A stretch of 24,587 nucleotides of DNA from a virus (Duplodnaviria; Caudoviricetes), in IMG/VR virus record IMGVR_UViG_3300020044_005059, positions 1 through 24,587 of that record; one strand, 5' to 3'. Shown here one piece after another: positions 1-9,600 of the stretch (position 1 is the first letter of the stretch; every line of letters begins with the position of its first letter). The translations under genes and the position numbers were made by a program. Under the pieces are notes generated by a model that saw only the letters and a program-made list of their open reading frames with translations, did not search any database and was not told the origin of the DNA.

Positions 1-150
1 GGCTGAGGGTAATGTTCTTTTAGTCCATGTATTATTTTTATAATTATATATGATAGCTTCATTACAAACAGTAGATGTACCTTTAGGATAATTAATCCAT
101 ATCTCTTTATAAAATGGATTCTTAACTATATGTACTTTATTAGTAGCATG
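1..150 (-). other. Inverted fragment of a tail nozzle/tubular-B-like coding sequence
   Basis: Reverse complement of 1-150 is open and reads HATNKVHIVKNPFYKEIWINYPKGTSTVCNEAIIYNYKNNTWTKRTLPSA. This resembles the EIW..YP...YNY...TW pattern I recall from podovirus tail nozzle proteins. Not in the ORF track. Confidence 0.6.
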
Positions 151-426
151 GTAACATCTATATACCCTATCTTTGATAAAGTACCAATTAACTATGATAT
201 TACTATTAAAGTAGCAGGTCAAAATAATTACAATGATGATATTGATTTAACCTCAGATGATCCATCTATAACTACTTTAATGTTTTTACCTAACACTAAC
301 AGATCACAAGGCTATAAAGTTGATCCTCGATCTTATGGTCGTGTTTTAAATTACAGAATAACTTCTTCAGATTACTGGAGATTAGCAACTATAGCTGTTG
401 ATGCTAAACAAATAGATCGGAGATAA
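148..426 (+). CDS. C-terminal part of putative tail nozzle/tail tubular-like structural protein (5'-truncated)
   Basis: Ends ...DPRSYGRVLNYRITSSDYWRLATIAVDAKQIDRR, typical of the C-terminus of such proteins. Stop is 3 nt before the next gene. No convincing RBS at ATG 130, and the + frame upstream of ~148 does not look coding. Confidence 0.55.
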   Translation: MVTSIYPIFDKVPINYDITIKVAGQNNYNDDIDLTSDDPSITTLMFLPNTNRSQGYKVDPRSYGRVLNYRITSSDYWRLATIAVDAKQIDRR

Positions 427-429
427 TCT

Positions 430-1689
430 ATGGTACTCCACCCACCTATTACTGGTATAGATGAACTCGATTCATTCTTATCACAATTATTTTTAGATGG
501 TACAGTAAACACTACAGATAACGTTGTTATCAATTCAGGTAATGGTCAAGTATATAACCCTACTACAGGTATTGTTGTATCTTATTTGTATCAGTATATA
601 CATATCAAATATGCAGATGATAATGTAGGTACTGGTATCTCAGATACACCTACAGGTAAAACATATGTAGGTATATTTAATAGTACATCATCAACTGAGT
701 CTATGAACCCAGCTGACTATACTTGGTATATTGTAGATGGTGGGTTTGGTTCTACTAAATACTTATGGTACATTGTTAATGGTGGTAGACAGTTTAATTA
801 TATTATTGATACTGTATTACCCAGTGCATTGTACCAACAAGATACAGGTGTTGCTATTGACCTAGATTTAGTATCTAGTACTACTGGCGCTTCATCTCGA
901 ACAGCTTATGCTGCAGCTATTATTGGCTCATTAGCATCTACCCCTACTAGTATTACTACTAGTGGCTCCTCTAGCTTTCCTCCAACTAATACTTGGGGTG
1001 GTGGTGAAACATGGACAGGTAGTCCTCCGTCATTAAGTATTGGTGAAGCATTATATAGATCAGATGGTGTATATAATCCAGCAACAAGCTTAACTACTTG
1101 GTATGTACCCTATGAAGCAGCATTAAGTGTTGGTTCATTAGATGTAGTAAGCCCTGTTATGGGTAATATACATAATGGTAATGTAGTAAGAGCATCTACT
1201 ACTATTGGCTCAGGTTCAGGTGTATCCTTTGAATCTACTGGTGCTTTTGCTCAAGGTGATTCTACTAAAAACATTACTTATGATGGGTCTACGTTAACCT
1301 TAAATGGTGCGTTAGTTAATACCAGTAATCTAGTAGCTAACTCTGTATCTACTTCTGCAAGTAATAGTAATGCAGGTAATAGTGCTACAATAACATTATC
1401 ACTTAATGCAGGTGATGTAGTATCTTTGAATGCTTATTGTGATACAGGATACAATACTGCTGCTGTTGGTTTAACAAGAACATTTAGTATTTTTATTACA
1501 GGTGCAGCTACTGCAACCTTATGCACAACTACTTCAGTAGTATCTACAGTAACCGCTGTTAATTATTATCCTAGTTCTTCAACAGGTAATGTTTACACAG
1601 TTCCAACAAACGGATCTTATACCTTTACAGCTACATACAGTGCTGGCACTGGTGCAACATCTATTCAAGCTATTGTTTTAAAGAGATAA
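430..1689 (+). CDS. Putative tail fibre / host-specificity protein
   Basis: 419 aa, Ser/Thr/Gly-rich and beta-like. Contains YIHIKYADD..GTGISDTPTGKTYVGI...ESMNPADYTW, a module recalled from phage tail fibre/antireceptor proteins. GGAG upstream; located in the structural block. Confidence 0.65.
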   Translation: MVLHPPITGIDELDSFLSQLFLDGTVNTTDNVVINSGNGQVYNPTTGIVVSYLYQYIHIKYADDNVGTGISDTPTGKTYVGIFNSTSSTESMNPADYTWYIVDGGFGSTKYLWYIVNGGRQFNYIIDTVLPSALYQQDTGVAIDLDLVSSTTGASSRTAYAAAIIGSLASTPTSITTSGSSSFPPTNTWGGGETWTGSPPSLSIGEALYRSDGVYNPATSLTTWYVPYEAALSVGSLDVVSPVMGNIHNGNVVRASTTIGSGSGVSFESTGAFAQGDSTKNITYDGSTLTLNGALVNTSNLVANSVSTSASNSNAGNSATITLSLNAGDVVSLNAYCDTGYNTAAVGLTRTFSIFITGAATATLCTTTSVVSTVTAVNYYPSSSTGNVYTVPTNGSYTFTATYSAGTGATSIQAIVLKR

Positions 1690-1690
1690 T

Positions 1691-2140
1691 ATGGAAATTA
1701 ATATACTACCTCCAGACTTAGTACTAAAATATTGGCCTACCATTTCTAGTTACTTAGAACAAGCATTAGAACATGGTCAACAAGAATCGTCTTTAGTAGA
1801 CTATATGAAAAAGATTCTAGATGAAAAAGCACAATGCTGGGTTATTACTAATGAAAATAAATTTATTATTGGTGCTGGATTAACACAAGTTATTCAGTAT
1901 GCTCAATATAAATCATTACACATCATTGGGTATTCAGGTAGTAACTTTGAAGAACAATCTAAAGTATTCCCCACTGTAGAAAAGTTCGCTAAACAAATTG
2001 GATGTAAGTCGATCGAACAATGGGGTAGACCGGGATGGGCAAAGACACTACCTAAATATGTTCCGGGTTTTAAACAAGCATATGTAGTTATGAAAAAAGA
2101 TTTAGAAGGAACACAAGATGAAACAATGGAAAATAAATAA
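1691..2140 (+). CDS. GNAT-fold (acyltransferase-like) phage protein, positional analogue of T7 gp13
   Basis: 149 aa with LHIIGYSG..., FAKQIGCKSIEQWGRPGWAK pattern; lies between tail and ejection genes. Confidence 0.6.
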   Translation: MEINILPPDLVLKYWPTISSYLEQALEHGQQESSLVDYMKKILDEKAQCWVITNENKFIIGAGLTQVIQYAQYKSLHIIGYSGSNFEEQSKVFPTVEKFAKQIGCKSIEQWGRPGWAKTLPKYVPGFKQAYVVMKKDLEGTQDETMENK

Positions 2141-2801
2141 CATAGTTAAACGCTATGGTGGTGGCGGTGGCGGTGGTCAAACAACTACTGTTACTCAAAA
2201 TATCCCTGAAGAATTTAGACCAGCATTACATAAAGCTCAAGATAAAGCTTTAGAATTATATGATCAAGGTAAGCTTGATGAAGTAGCAGGTGTAAGTAGT
2301 TTACAACAAAAAGCCTTTCAACAAGGCGATGTTATTGCTGATGTTGGTAAATCAGGTTTAGGAACATTACAAGATCAAAGCGGTAGACTATCTGAGATGG
2401 CTAAAACAGGTGGTGCTAACGAATTACAAGACGCACTTGCTTTAGACATTGGTATGGGTGCTTCTAAAATTGGTCAAGACTATGGTGCAACAGGTACATT
2501 AGGTTCTTATAGGCATAATTTAGCATCTGCTACTGCAGAAGACGCTACTAGGGCTAAGTTTGCTCAGCAAGTTATTCAAAATAAAGCTGCTGCAGAAACA
2601 GCATTAGGTTCTAATGTTGGTGCTCAAGGTTCTATGGCAGCAGGTACTGCATCTAAGCTAGCTGATTTGGGTAATCAACAACGTAGTATTGAGCAACAAA
2701 TAGCTGATAAAGATTGGCAAGGTTTACAACGTATGGCATCTACTGTATACGGTAATCCTGCACGACAATCTGCAACTACATCTCAAAATGGGGGTAAATA
2801 A
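2118..2801 (+). CDS. Putative small DNA-ejection/internal virion protein
   Basis: 227 aa; short basic leader then GGGGGGGQTTTVTQ; Gly/Ala/Gln-rich helical body; AAGGA RBS; TAATG coupling to next gene. Confidence 0.6.
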   Translation: MKQWKINNIVKRYGGGGGGGQTTTVTQNIPEEFRPALHKAQDKALELYDQGKLDEVAGVSSLQQKAFQQGDVIADVGKSGLGTLQDQSGRLSEMAKTGGANELQDALALDIGMGASKIGQDYGATGTLGSYRHNLASATAEDATRAKFAQQVIQNKAAAETALGSNVGAQGSMAAGTASKLADLGNQQRSIEQQIADKDWQGLQRMASTVYGNPARQSATTSQNGGK

Positions 2802-3427
2802 TGGCGTATGATCCTTGGGATTGGACTAATCAAAGTCAACAACAAGCAGCACCAGTTGCACCTCTCCCTAACACTGTAGCACCATTAGCTGCTTCTAATG
2901 AACAAGCTGCTCCTGGTCAATTTGTTCCAAAAAAACCTGATCAGAATTTACAAACATTGCAGAATATGGCAGTTAATAAAGGTGCTGAAAAGGGTGGTGA
3001 ATATGCTTATGGTAAGTATAAAGAACTTACTGCACCTAGTGATCCGGGCTTAGCCCCATCATCTACTACATGGGGTAGTGCTCCTCCTTTAGGTTCTCAA
3101 CCTACTACCACAATGACTATGCCCGGTAACCTTGATATGTCAGGCCAAACTATGGCTGCGCAATCTACTGGCTTAGAGACTACTGCATCTGGTGTTTTAA
3201 CTAATGGTGCTGTTGCTCCTGTAGCTACTGAGATAGCTACTCCTGTTGTAGCAGAAGGATTAGCTACTGCTGCCCCATTAGCAGCTCCTGCAGCTACTAC
3301 TGCAGCTACTACCGCAGCTACTACTGCTGCTGGTGCTGGTGCTGCTGAAGCAGGATTGCTTGCGGGTATGGGACCAATAGGTTGGGGTATTGGAGCTGCT
3401 TTATTAGCTCGATCACTATTTAGATAA
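2801..3427 (+). CDS. Putative internal virion protein, Ala/Thr/Pro-rich with C-terminal hydrophobic helix
   Basis: 208 aa, low complexity; ends AGLLAGMGPIGWGIGAALLARSLFR. Confidence 0.55.
   Translation: MAYDPWDWTNQSQQQAAPVAPLPNTVAPLAASNEQAAPGQFVPKKPDQNLQTLQNMAVNKGAEKGGEYAYGKYKELTAPSDPGLAPSSTTWGSAPPLGSQPTTTMTMPGNLDMSGQTMAAQSTGLETTASGVLTNGAVAPVATEIATPVVAEGLATAAPLAAPAATTAATTAATTAAGAGAAEAGLLAGMGPIGWGIGAALLARSLFR
3290..3325 (+). repeat. 12-bp tandem repeat x3 (GCAGCTACTACY), encodes (AATT)3
   Basis: gcagctactact gcagctactacc gcagctactact read directly. Confidence 0.85.
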
Positions 3428-3435
3428 GGAATAAT

Positions 3436-6400
3436 ATGGGACCACTATCTGCTAAACAACACAGAGAGTACCTAAAGTTTGCCGCACAAGAAAAACGTGA
3501 AAATCATAAGATGGAACGTGAAGAATCTCGTAAGCAAGAATTACATGAGTTAAAACTTATGGAAGCTTCTGCTAAAGCTGGTCAATCAGTAGGTCATAAA
3601 GAAGAATTACATCATTATAAAATGGGCACATTAGGTGCTCCATTAGGTAAAAGTAAAGTTAAAACACCTAATCCTTTAGCTGGAACAGAGATGTTTCATC
3701 AAGGTCAACACATGTTACCTTTTCAAGTGGCTGATGCTGCTAAGGCTAGAAAGCAAAGTACAGATACTGTACCCGCTATGCTTACTCCCGGAGAGGCTGT
3801 TATCCCTGAACCCGCAGCACAAGACCCTAAAAATAAACCTATCATTAAAAAGATGGTTCAACAAGGTCGTCAAGCTAATAAAGCTAAAAAGGGTTTCTTA
3901 GGGTTCCGTGATGGCTCAGTTAACATTGTTAATCCTGATGCCTCCATCCCTACTAGAGTACAACAAGCTGCTGGATATTCTGATGGTACTGATAGTGTAA
4001 GCAATTACGCTCGTATGGATAGTGATGATAATAAGTCATCATATAATTCTGGTGCTCTTAACAATAATAAAGTAATGATAAGTAGTGATGATTCTAAAAA
4101 ATCTAACTATTATGTTTATAGTAATCCAGAAGATGCTAAAGCAGCTTATGAACAACATAAGTGGGAACACACAGCTGAGTATGCTGATGGCACTCCTGCT
4201 GTGCCTCAATTAATGAACTATGCTGATGGTACTGAAATGGTTAATAAAGCTGTAGAAATGTACAGCAAATATACTGAAGCTAAACCCGGATACGCAGATG
4301 GTACTTCAGGTGTTCCTTCATTAGCTTATCGTCATCCTGATGTTCCCGGTTCTTCTTTTGAAGATGGTACTGAAAGAGTATATGACTTTAGTAGAGGTAG
4401 TTCTGATAGACAATACTATGAAGACGGTACTGATTCTGTAAATTATGAGCTTTTAAATAGAAAAGATTATAATTACATGGAACAAAAAGCTTATGAGAGG
4501 CAGATGGAGGATGCTAAACGTAATGTTACACCATTAAGTGAAGAGCAAATAAAAGAAGCAGAACAATTAGCTTATGAAGAAGATCAACGCAGAAAAGGTT
4601 TAGTTCCTCCTGCTCAAGTAATACCTATTCCTGCTCCTATTCCTGTTGATCCTGTTGCTATTAAAGCTACAGCCCTTGAAGCGGCTGTACCCGCTAATAC
4701 TGCACCAAGTACTGTTAATAAGGTAGAAGCAGGTAATGTTTATCAACCAACAATAACTTTACCTGTACCTAAGGTAGAGCCTGTTGGTGGTGCTGATGCA
4801 TCATATGATATTAAAGAAAGACCTTATAAAGACGTAGGTATGGAAGTACCTGTATTACCTATGTATACAGACAAACCCCAACAACCTGTTGTTGTTCAAG
4901 GTGCTGATAGATTCCCTAGTCCTCCTCCTGTTGTAGCTAAATCAACTGGTGGTAATAACAGTACTATTGATATGCCTGTACAAGTAGATACAACTACTGT
5001 ACCTCCTGTAGATGCTAAACAAGCGTCTGATGAAGAAGTACAAGCAGTACTTGATACTAATGCTGGTAAACAAGGTAAGGGAGTTCCTCAATTAAAACCA
5101 GAAGATGATGATACTAGGCCTGAGTACTGGATTAAACATTTACGTGGTAGTCAAAGTGATGTTGAAAAAGCTGTATCGGGTAAAGACCAAGAGACTGCAA
5201 CTAAAGACCTTAAAGATTATTTTACTTATAAAGGCATTAAAGATTTATTAGGTTTAAATGATCAAGAAGTTGCTCGATTAGCTGTAGCTACTGTCGGCGG
5301 TATGTTTGCTGGTTATGAACCCGGTCGTGCATTATCTTATGCAGGTAAAATGGCATTTGAAACTTCTGGACGTAGACAAGCTCAAGAGGCCCAAGATAAG
5401 CGTCAAGATAAACAACTTAAAGCACAACAAGAACGTGATGATACTAAGTTTGCTATTCAAATGGCGGGTCAAGCAAAAGCTGATAAGAAAGCTGATAGGG
5501 CTGCTGCAATTGCTGAAAAGAAAAATGAGTTATATGAAAGTAATTTACAATTACAAGCTAAAAGGCAAGAAGCTAAAGATGAATCTGATGCCCAATATCG
5601 CAAACTTCAAGAACTTAAAGCAGATCGCCAATGGACTCATCAACAAAATCAAGAAGCTTATAGATTAGAACATGACAGGCTTTCTGCATATCAAAAAGCA
5701 TTAGCTGCAGATGTCCCTAATAGTATTAGAGCAAGGGAAATAAAACGAGTTAATGAAGCTAAAACTTATGAAGAAAGATTATCAGCTATGGAAACAGCTA
5801 CTACTAATCTTTCTGCTAATACTCGTCATAAAGAACCTAAAGACCCTAACGCTTATAAACCTAATTGGCAAACTTATGTTACGCCTAATGGAGATACTGT
5901 TACAGCTTCACGTAGACCTGATGGTAATTTAGATGTTATTGTGCCAGGAAAAGGAACTGCTGTTGCTCCAAATAATTACGCTGTCAATCATACTGAAAAG
6001 AAAGATAACGAAAATGCAATTAGAACTATTGTAGAAAATAGAGCTAAAGGTATTAAAGGTCTTAATGAAAGCCAAATAGGGAAAATGAAAGAAGATGCTG
6101 TACTTATGTCCCAGCAATTTCAACATTTAAATCCTGTTCAATTTTCAAGTGCTATTGAAAAGACATTCTCCAATCTAAAAGAAAGAGGTGAAAGTTTAAC
6201 TAGTGATTCATTTAAACATGCATTTACTACAACGGCTATTGTTGAAATGAACCCTACTTATGCAGCATTATATAGTGGTACTGATGAATCAGGTACATCA
6301 GGTTATTTATCTGATAATGCGCAAATTGATATGGGTAAAGCAATGGAAAAATTAGCTAAGTCTAAAGGTGGATTAGATGCGGCAGATAAAGATATGCAAA

Positions 6401-6579
6401 GATTATGGTCTTCTTTAGATCAAGAACAAAGAAACACTATGTGGCGTATAGGTAGTGATGGTAAAGGTCAAGATGTTGGCGTACGTAGAAAAGGCTATTC
6501 AGCCTATAGTGAATTTGTTATTGAAATGGCTAAACCCCCAGAGCAACGTAAGTATTCATGGCTTAAAACAATTAAGTAA
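3436..6579 (+). CDS. Large putative internal virion/ejection protein with [YF]xDG[TS] repeats
   Basis: 1047 aa; AAGGA RBS; TDTVPAMLTPGEAVIP motif; seven [YF]xDG[TS] motifs; Pro/Val-rich linker; hydrophobic LAVATVGGMFAG segment; coiled-coil-like region. Confidence 0.6.
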   Translation: MGPLSAKQHREYLKFAAQEKRENHKMEREESRKQELHELKLMEASAKAGQSVGHKEELHHYKMGTLGAPLGKSKVKTPNPLAGTEMFHQGQHMLPFQVADAAKARKQSTDTVPAMLTPGEAVIPEPAAQDPKNKPIIKKMVQQGRQANKAKKGFLGFRDGSVNIVNPDASIPTRVQQAAGYSDGTDSVSNYARMDSDDNKSSYNSGALNNNKVMISSDDSKKSNYYVYSNPEDAKAAYEQHKWEHTAEYADGTPAVPQLMNYADGTEMVNKAVEMYSKYTEAKPGYADGTSGVPSLAYRHPDVPGSSFEDGTERVYDFSRGSSDRQYYEDGTDSVNYELLNRKDYNYMEQKAYERQMEDAKRNVTPLSEEQIKEAEQLAYEEDQRRKGLVPPAQVIPIPAPIPVDPVAIKATALEAAVPANTAPSTVNKVEAGNVYQPTITLPVPKVEPVGGADASYDIKERPYKDVGMEVPVLPMYTDKPQQPVVVQGADRFPSPPPVVAKSTGGNNSTIDMPVQVDTTTVPPVDAKQASDEEVQAVLDTNAGKQGKGVPQLKPEDDDTRPEYWIKHLRGSQSDVEKAVSGKDQETATKDLKDYFTYKGIKDLLGLNDQEVARLAVATVGGMFAGYEPGRALSYAGKMAFETSGRRQAQEAQDKRQDKQLKAQQERDDTKFAIQMAGQAKADKKADRAAAIAEKKNELYESNLQLQAKRQEAKDESDAQYRKLQELKADRQWTHQQNQEAYRLEHDRLSAYQKALAADVPNSIRAREIKRVNEAKTYEERLSAMETATTNLSANTRHKEPKDPNAYKPNWQTYVTPNGDTVTASRRPDGNLDVIVPGKGTAVAPNNYAVNHTEKKDNENAIRTIVENRAKGIKGLNESQIGKMKEDAVLMSQQFQHLNPVQFSSAIEKTFSNLKERGESLTSDSFKHAFTTTAIVEMNPTYAALYSGTDESGTSGYLSDNAQIDMGKAMEKLAKSKGGLDAADKDMQRLWSSLDQEQRNTMWRIGSDGKGQDVGVRRKGYSAYSEFVIEMAKPPEQRKYSWLKTIK

Positions 6580-6600
6580 AAAAAAACAAGGAGAGAGTAT

Positions 6601-9600
6601 ATGAAACCAACCGATCCAGTACCAGTACAAGAAGATAGTAGTATACTCCCACCTACAATTTCTACTTCTAATTGGTTAGACCCTGATACATTTAAAAATG
6701 CTACTACTGGTAAATCAAACCGAGTTCAGGGGTATAACGCCCCTGAAGTAGGTCATATTAAAGATGGTAGATGGGTTCCCGGACAATACCAAGGTGCATC
6801 TGCTTTAATACCTGAGGCTGCTCGTATAAGTGGTTTTAATCAAGGTAATATTGTAGGTACTGACAAGTACAGTCGTGATCTTAATAATATAACTAATCCA
6901 GGCACTGGTGAAACATTAAGTAACTTTGCTGTTAAAACAGGATTAGCACCTGTTAATCCTTTTACAAGTGAAAAAGCAATATCAGATAAAAGTTATTTAA
7001 GCTCTTTTTCAATATTGTATCCTGAATTAGCAAAGAAAGACCCTACGTTAGCTGCTGTTGCTGAAGCAAAAAAGGCTAAACAAAAGGCCTTAGCACAACA
7101 AGGATTACCTGAATACATACCTACTCTTAATGCTCGTGATGAAGCAGAATTTGCTTATCAAAAGAATGCTTTAGGTACTGGTGCTCAAACTAGAATACTT
7201 GAACGTATTAAAGATATTGAAAAAGATTTAGCTACATATGGGGGTTCAAGTCCTTTTTATGATCCTGAAACAGGTACTCAATTAGGTACTGCTAATTCAG
7301 GTATTACTGATTCTCAAAGAGCTATGCTTTTGAAAGAGAAAGAATCATTAGCTAATCAGCTTCAATATGCTGCTATGGGTCAAGATCTTTATGGTGGCGT
7401 AGATATACGCTCTAAAGATCGTACTATCATGAACAAATCTAAATCTAATATAGGTGATATGTATGATAGTATGTGGCTTAACCTATACCAAAATATAGCT
7501 GGTATTGGTCAACTAGCAGGAGATACTACTGGATGGGAATCTCTTAGTAAAGTTGCATCTAAAAATGTACAACTAAATAAAATGGAAAAAGGCTTAATGC
7601 CTGAAACATTATCATTTAGTGATGTAGCTAATTCTAAAGGTGCATGGGACACTATTGCTAATGGTGCGTCATATATATCAGGTCAATTAATTAATTCATT
7701 ACCTTATATTGTGGCTATTACTGGTGCTGAAATAGCTACTGCTGGTATGGCTACTCCTTATATTGGTTCTGTGTTATCTACTGTTCCTGTATCAATGCTT
7801 TATGCTGGACAATTTTATTCTGAACAACCTGATGATAAAAAAGATCCATTGTTAGCTGTTATGACAGCAATTGGATCTGGTACATTAGATAAATTAGGTT
7901 TAGACCATTTGTTAGGTAAAGGTTTATTTACTGTTGCTGGAGAAAAAGAAGCTGTCAAAGCTATAATGGCTAACAGTGCTAAGTCTGGTGTTATGTTAGG
8001 CGAAGCAGAAGCTCGTAATCTACTACATAATGCTACTAAGCAAGAGATTATGGAGCTAACTCAATTTAGTAGAGACTTTGCTATTAAACAAATTAAAAGT
8101 CCTGAAGCAATAGCTAGGCGTACTGCTGATATTACCCTTAAAGCTGGTGCTGAAATGGGTACTGAAACTGCACAACAAGAACTAGAAATGCTTGGTCAAT
8201 CTGGAGAACGTAATACTAATTACCGTTATAAAGAAGACTATTATCATCAACTTAAAGAAGCTGCTGCAGGTGGTTTCTTAGTAGGTGGTACTATATCAGG
8301 ATTTGGTCATGGTGTTAACATGGCTGGATGGCACGGTACAGCTGACTTAATGGCTCTTAATGAAAAGATGTTAGGCGATGCTCAAAGGTTTCAAGCTTTA
8401 AATCAACAAAACCTTGATAACAATACTGGTGGTTATAGAACAGTTCAAGAAATGGCTAGAACAGAAAGCAGAAATGCTCAACAAACTAATGCCGAAGGTT
8501 TTGAAAACATTCCTGTACGCACAGGTTTCTGGAAAGAAACTGTATTACCAATGATTACTTCTCCTATTTCTATGCTAAGACAATTTGCTCATACAGCAAT
8601 ACCTTCTATCACTAATGAAGATGGTAGTTTTAAAACTAACTTAGCTAAAATAAAAGCAATTATGGGTGGATTTGGTATATTACCCGGAGAACATGCTGCT
8701 GGGTTTAGACAAAGAGCTTTAGGTAGATGGTCTGAAGGTACTGATGTACATGAATTAGCTGCTGATCTAGGTGTAGGTACTGCACAAGCAGAAAACTATG
8801 TTAATCAAGCTATGGGTCAATGGTCTCAAGGTATTAAGTTAGGTGGGGATGAGCTATCTGAAAAGCTACAAAGATGGAAAGACAGAGTTGATGAAGTAAC
8901 TCAAGATATGATTAGATTAGGCACTGCAGCTGGTGTGGATGTTACATCTTTACTAGGTGATAATCCTTTATTTAACACTGTTAAAGTTGATCCAGCTAAA
9001 TGGATGGCTAATAAGATGGATATCTTAACTGAAATGGTTAATGCTAATGCAGATCAAAACTCAGCCAGAACTGCTATTGAAAATTTACTTTCTAATAACA
9101 GACAAGAATCTAATTTAGCTAGAGATTATTTAAATCAATATGGTGTGTTTACTAATCCTAATCTAAAGCATTTATTCCAAGAGGGTATCTTTGCTAACAT
9201 GGAACACCATAAAGAACAAATGGCTAACAGTATTATGGCAGCTACTTACTTTGGTAAGAATGGTCAAGTGCTAGCTAACTTGTTAAGACAAGCTAAAGCT
9301 AATGGTGAATTTGCTAATGATGAAGAATACAAAGATACTGCTACTGAAGTAAAAGCTTTTTATGACATGATGAATAATAATTTTCATGCCCCTAATGAAA
9401 ATTCAATTATTAATAAGTCAATTGGTTGGGCTACTACTGGTAGTATGTTAGCTTACTTATCTAAAGCTGCGGTATCTTCTCAAGTAGAAGCTATTATGGC
9501 CTTGTTAGGTACTCCCGGTCATATGATTGGTAAACAATTATCTACCTATTTTAAATCTTATTTTAAAGAAATTAAATCAGATATAAATATGGGTGCATCT

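Noticed and set aside
130-147. ORF-track start ATG 130 for a complete 98-aa gene
   Set aside because: No RBS, and it lies in the segment that is coding-like on the opposite strand; the ORF looks like a C-terminal fragment.
3436-6579. Tail tape measure protein
   Set aside because: Only one short motif is shared; context and composition fit an internal ejection protein.
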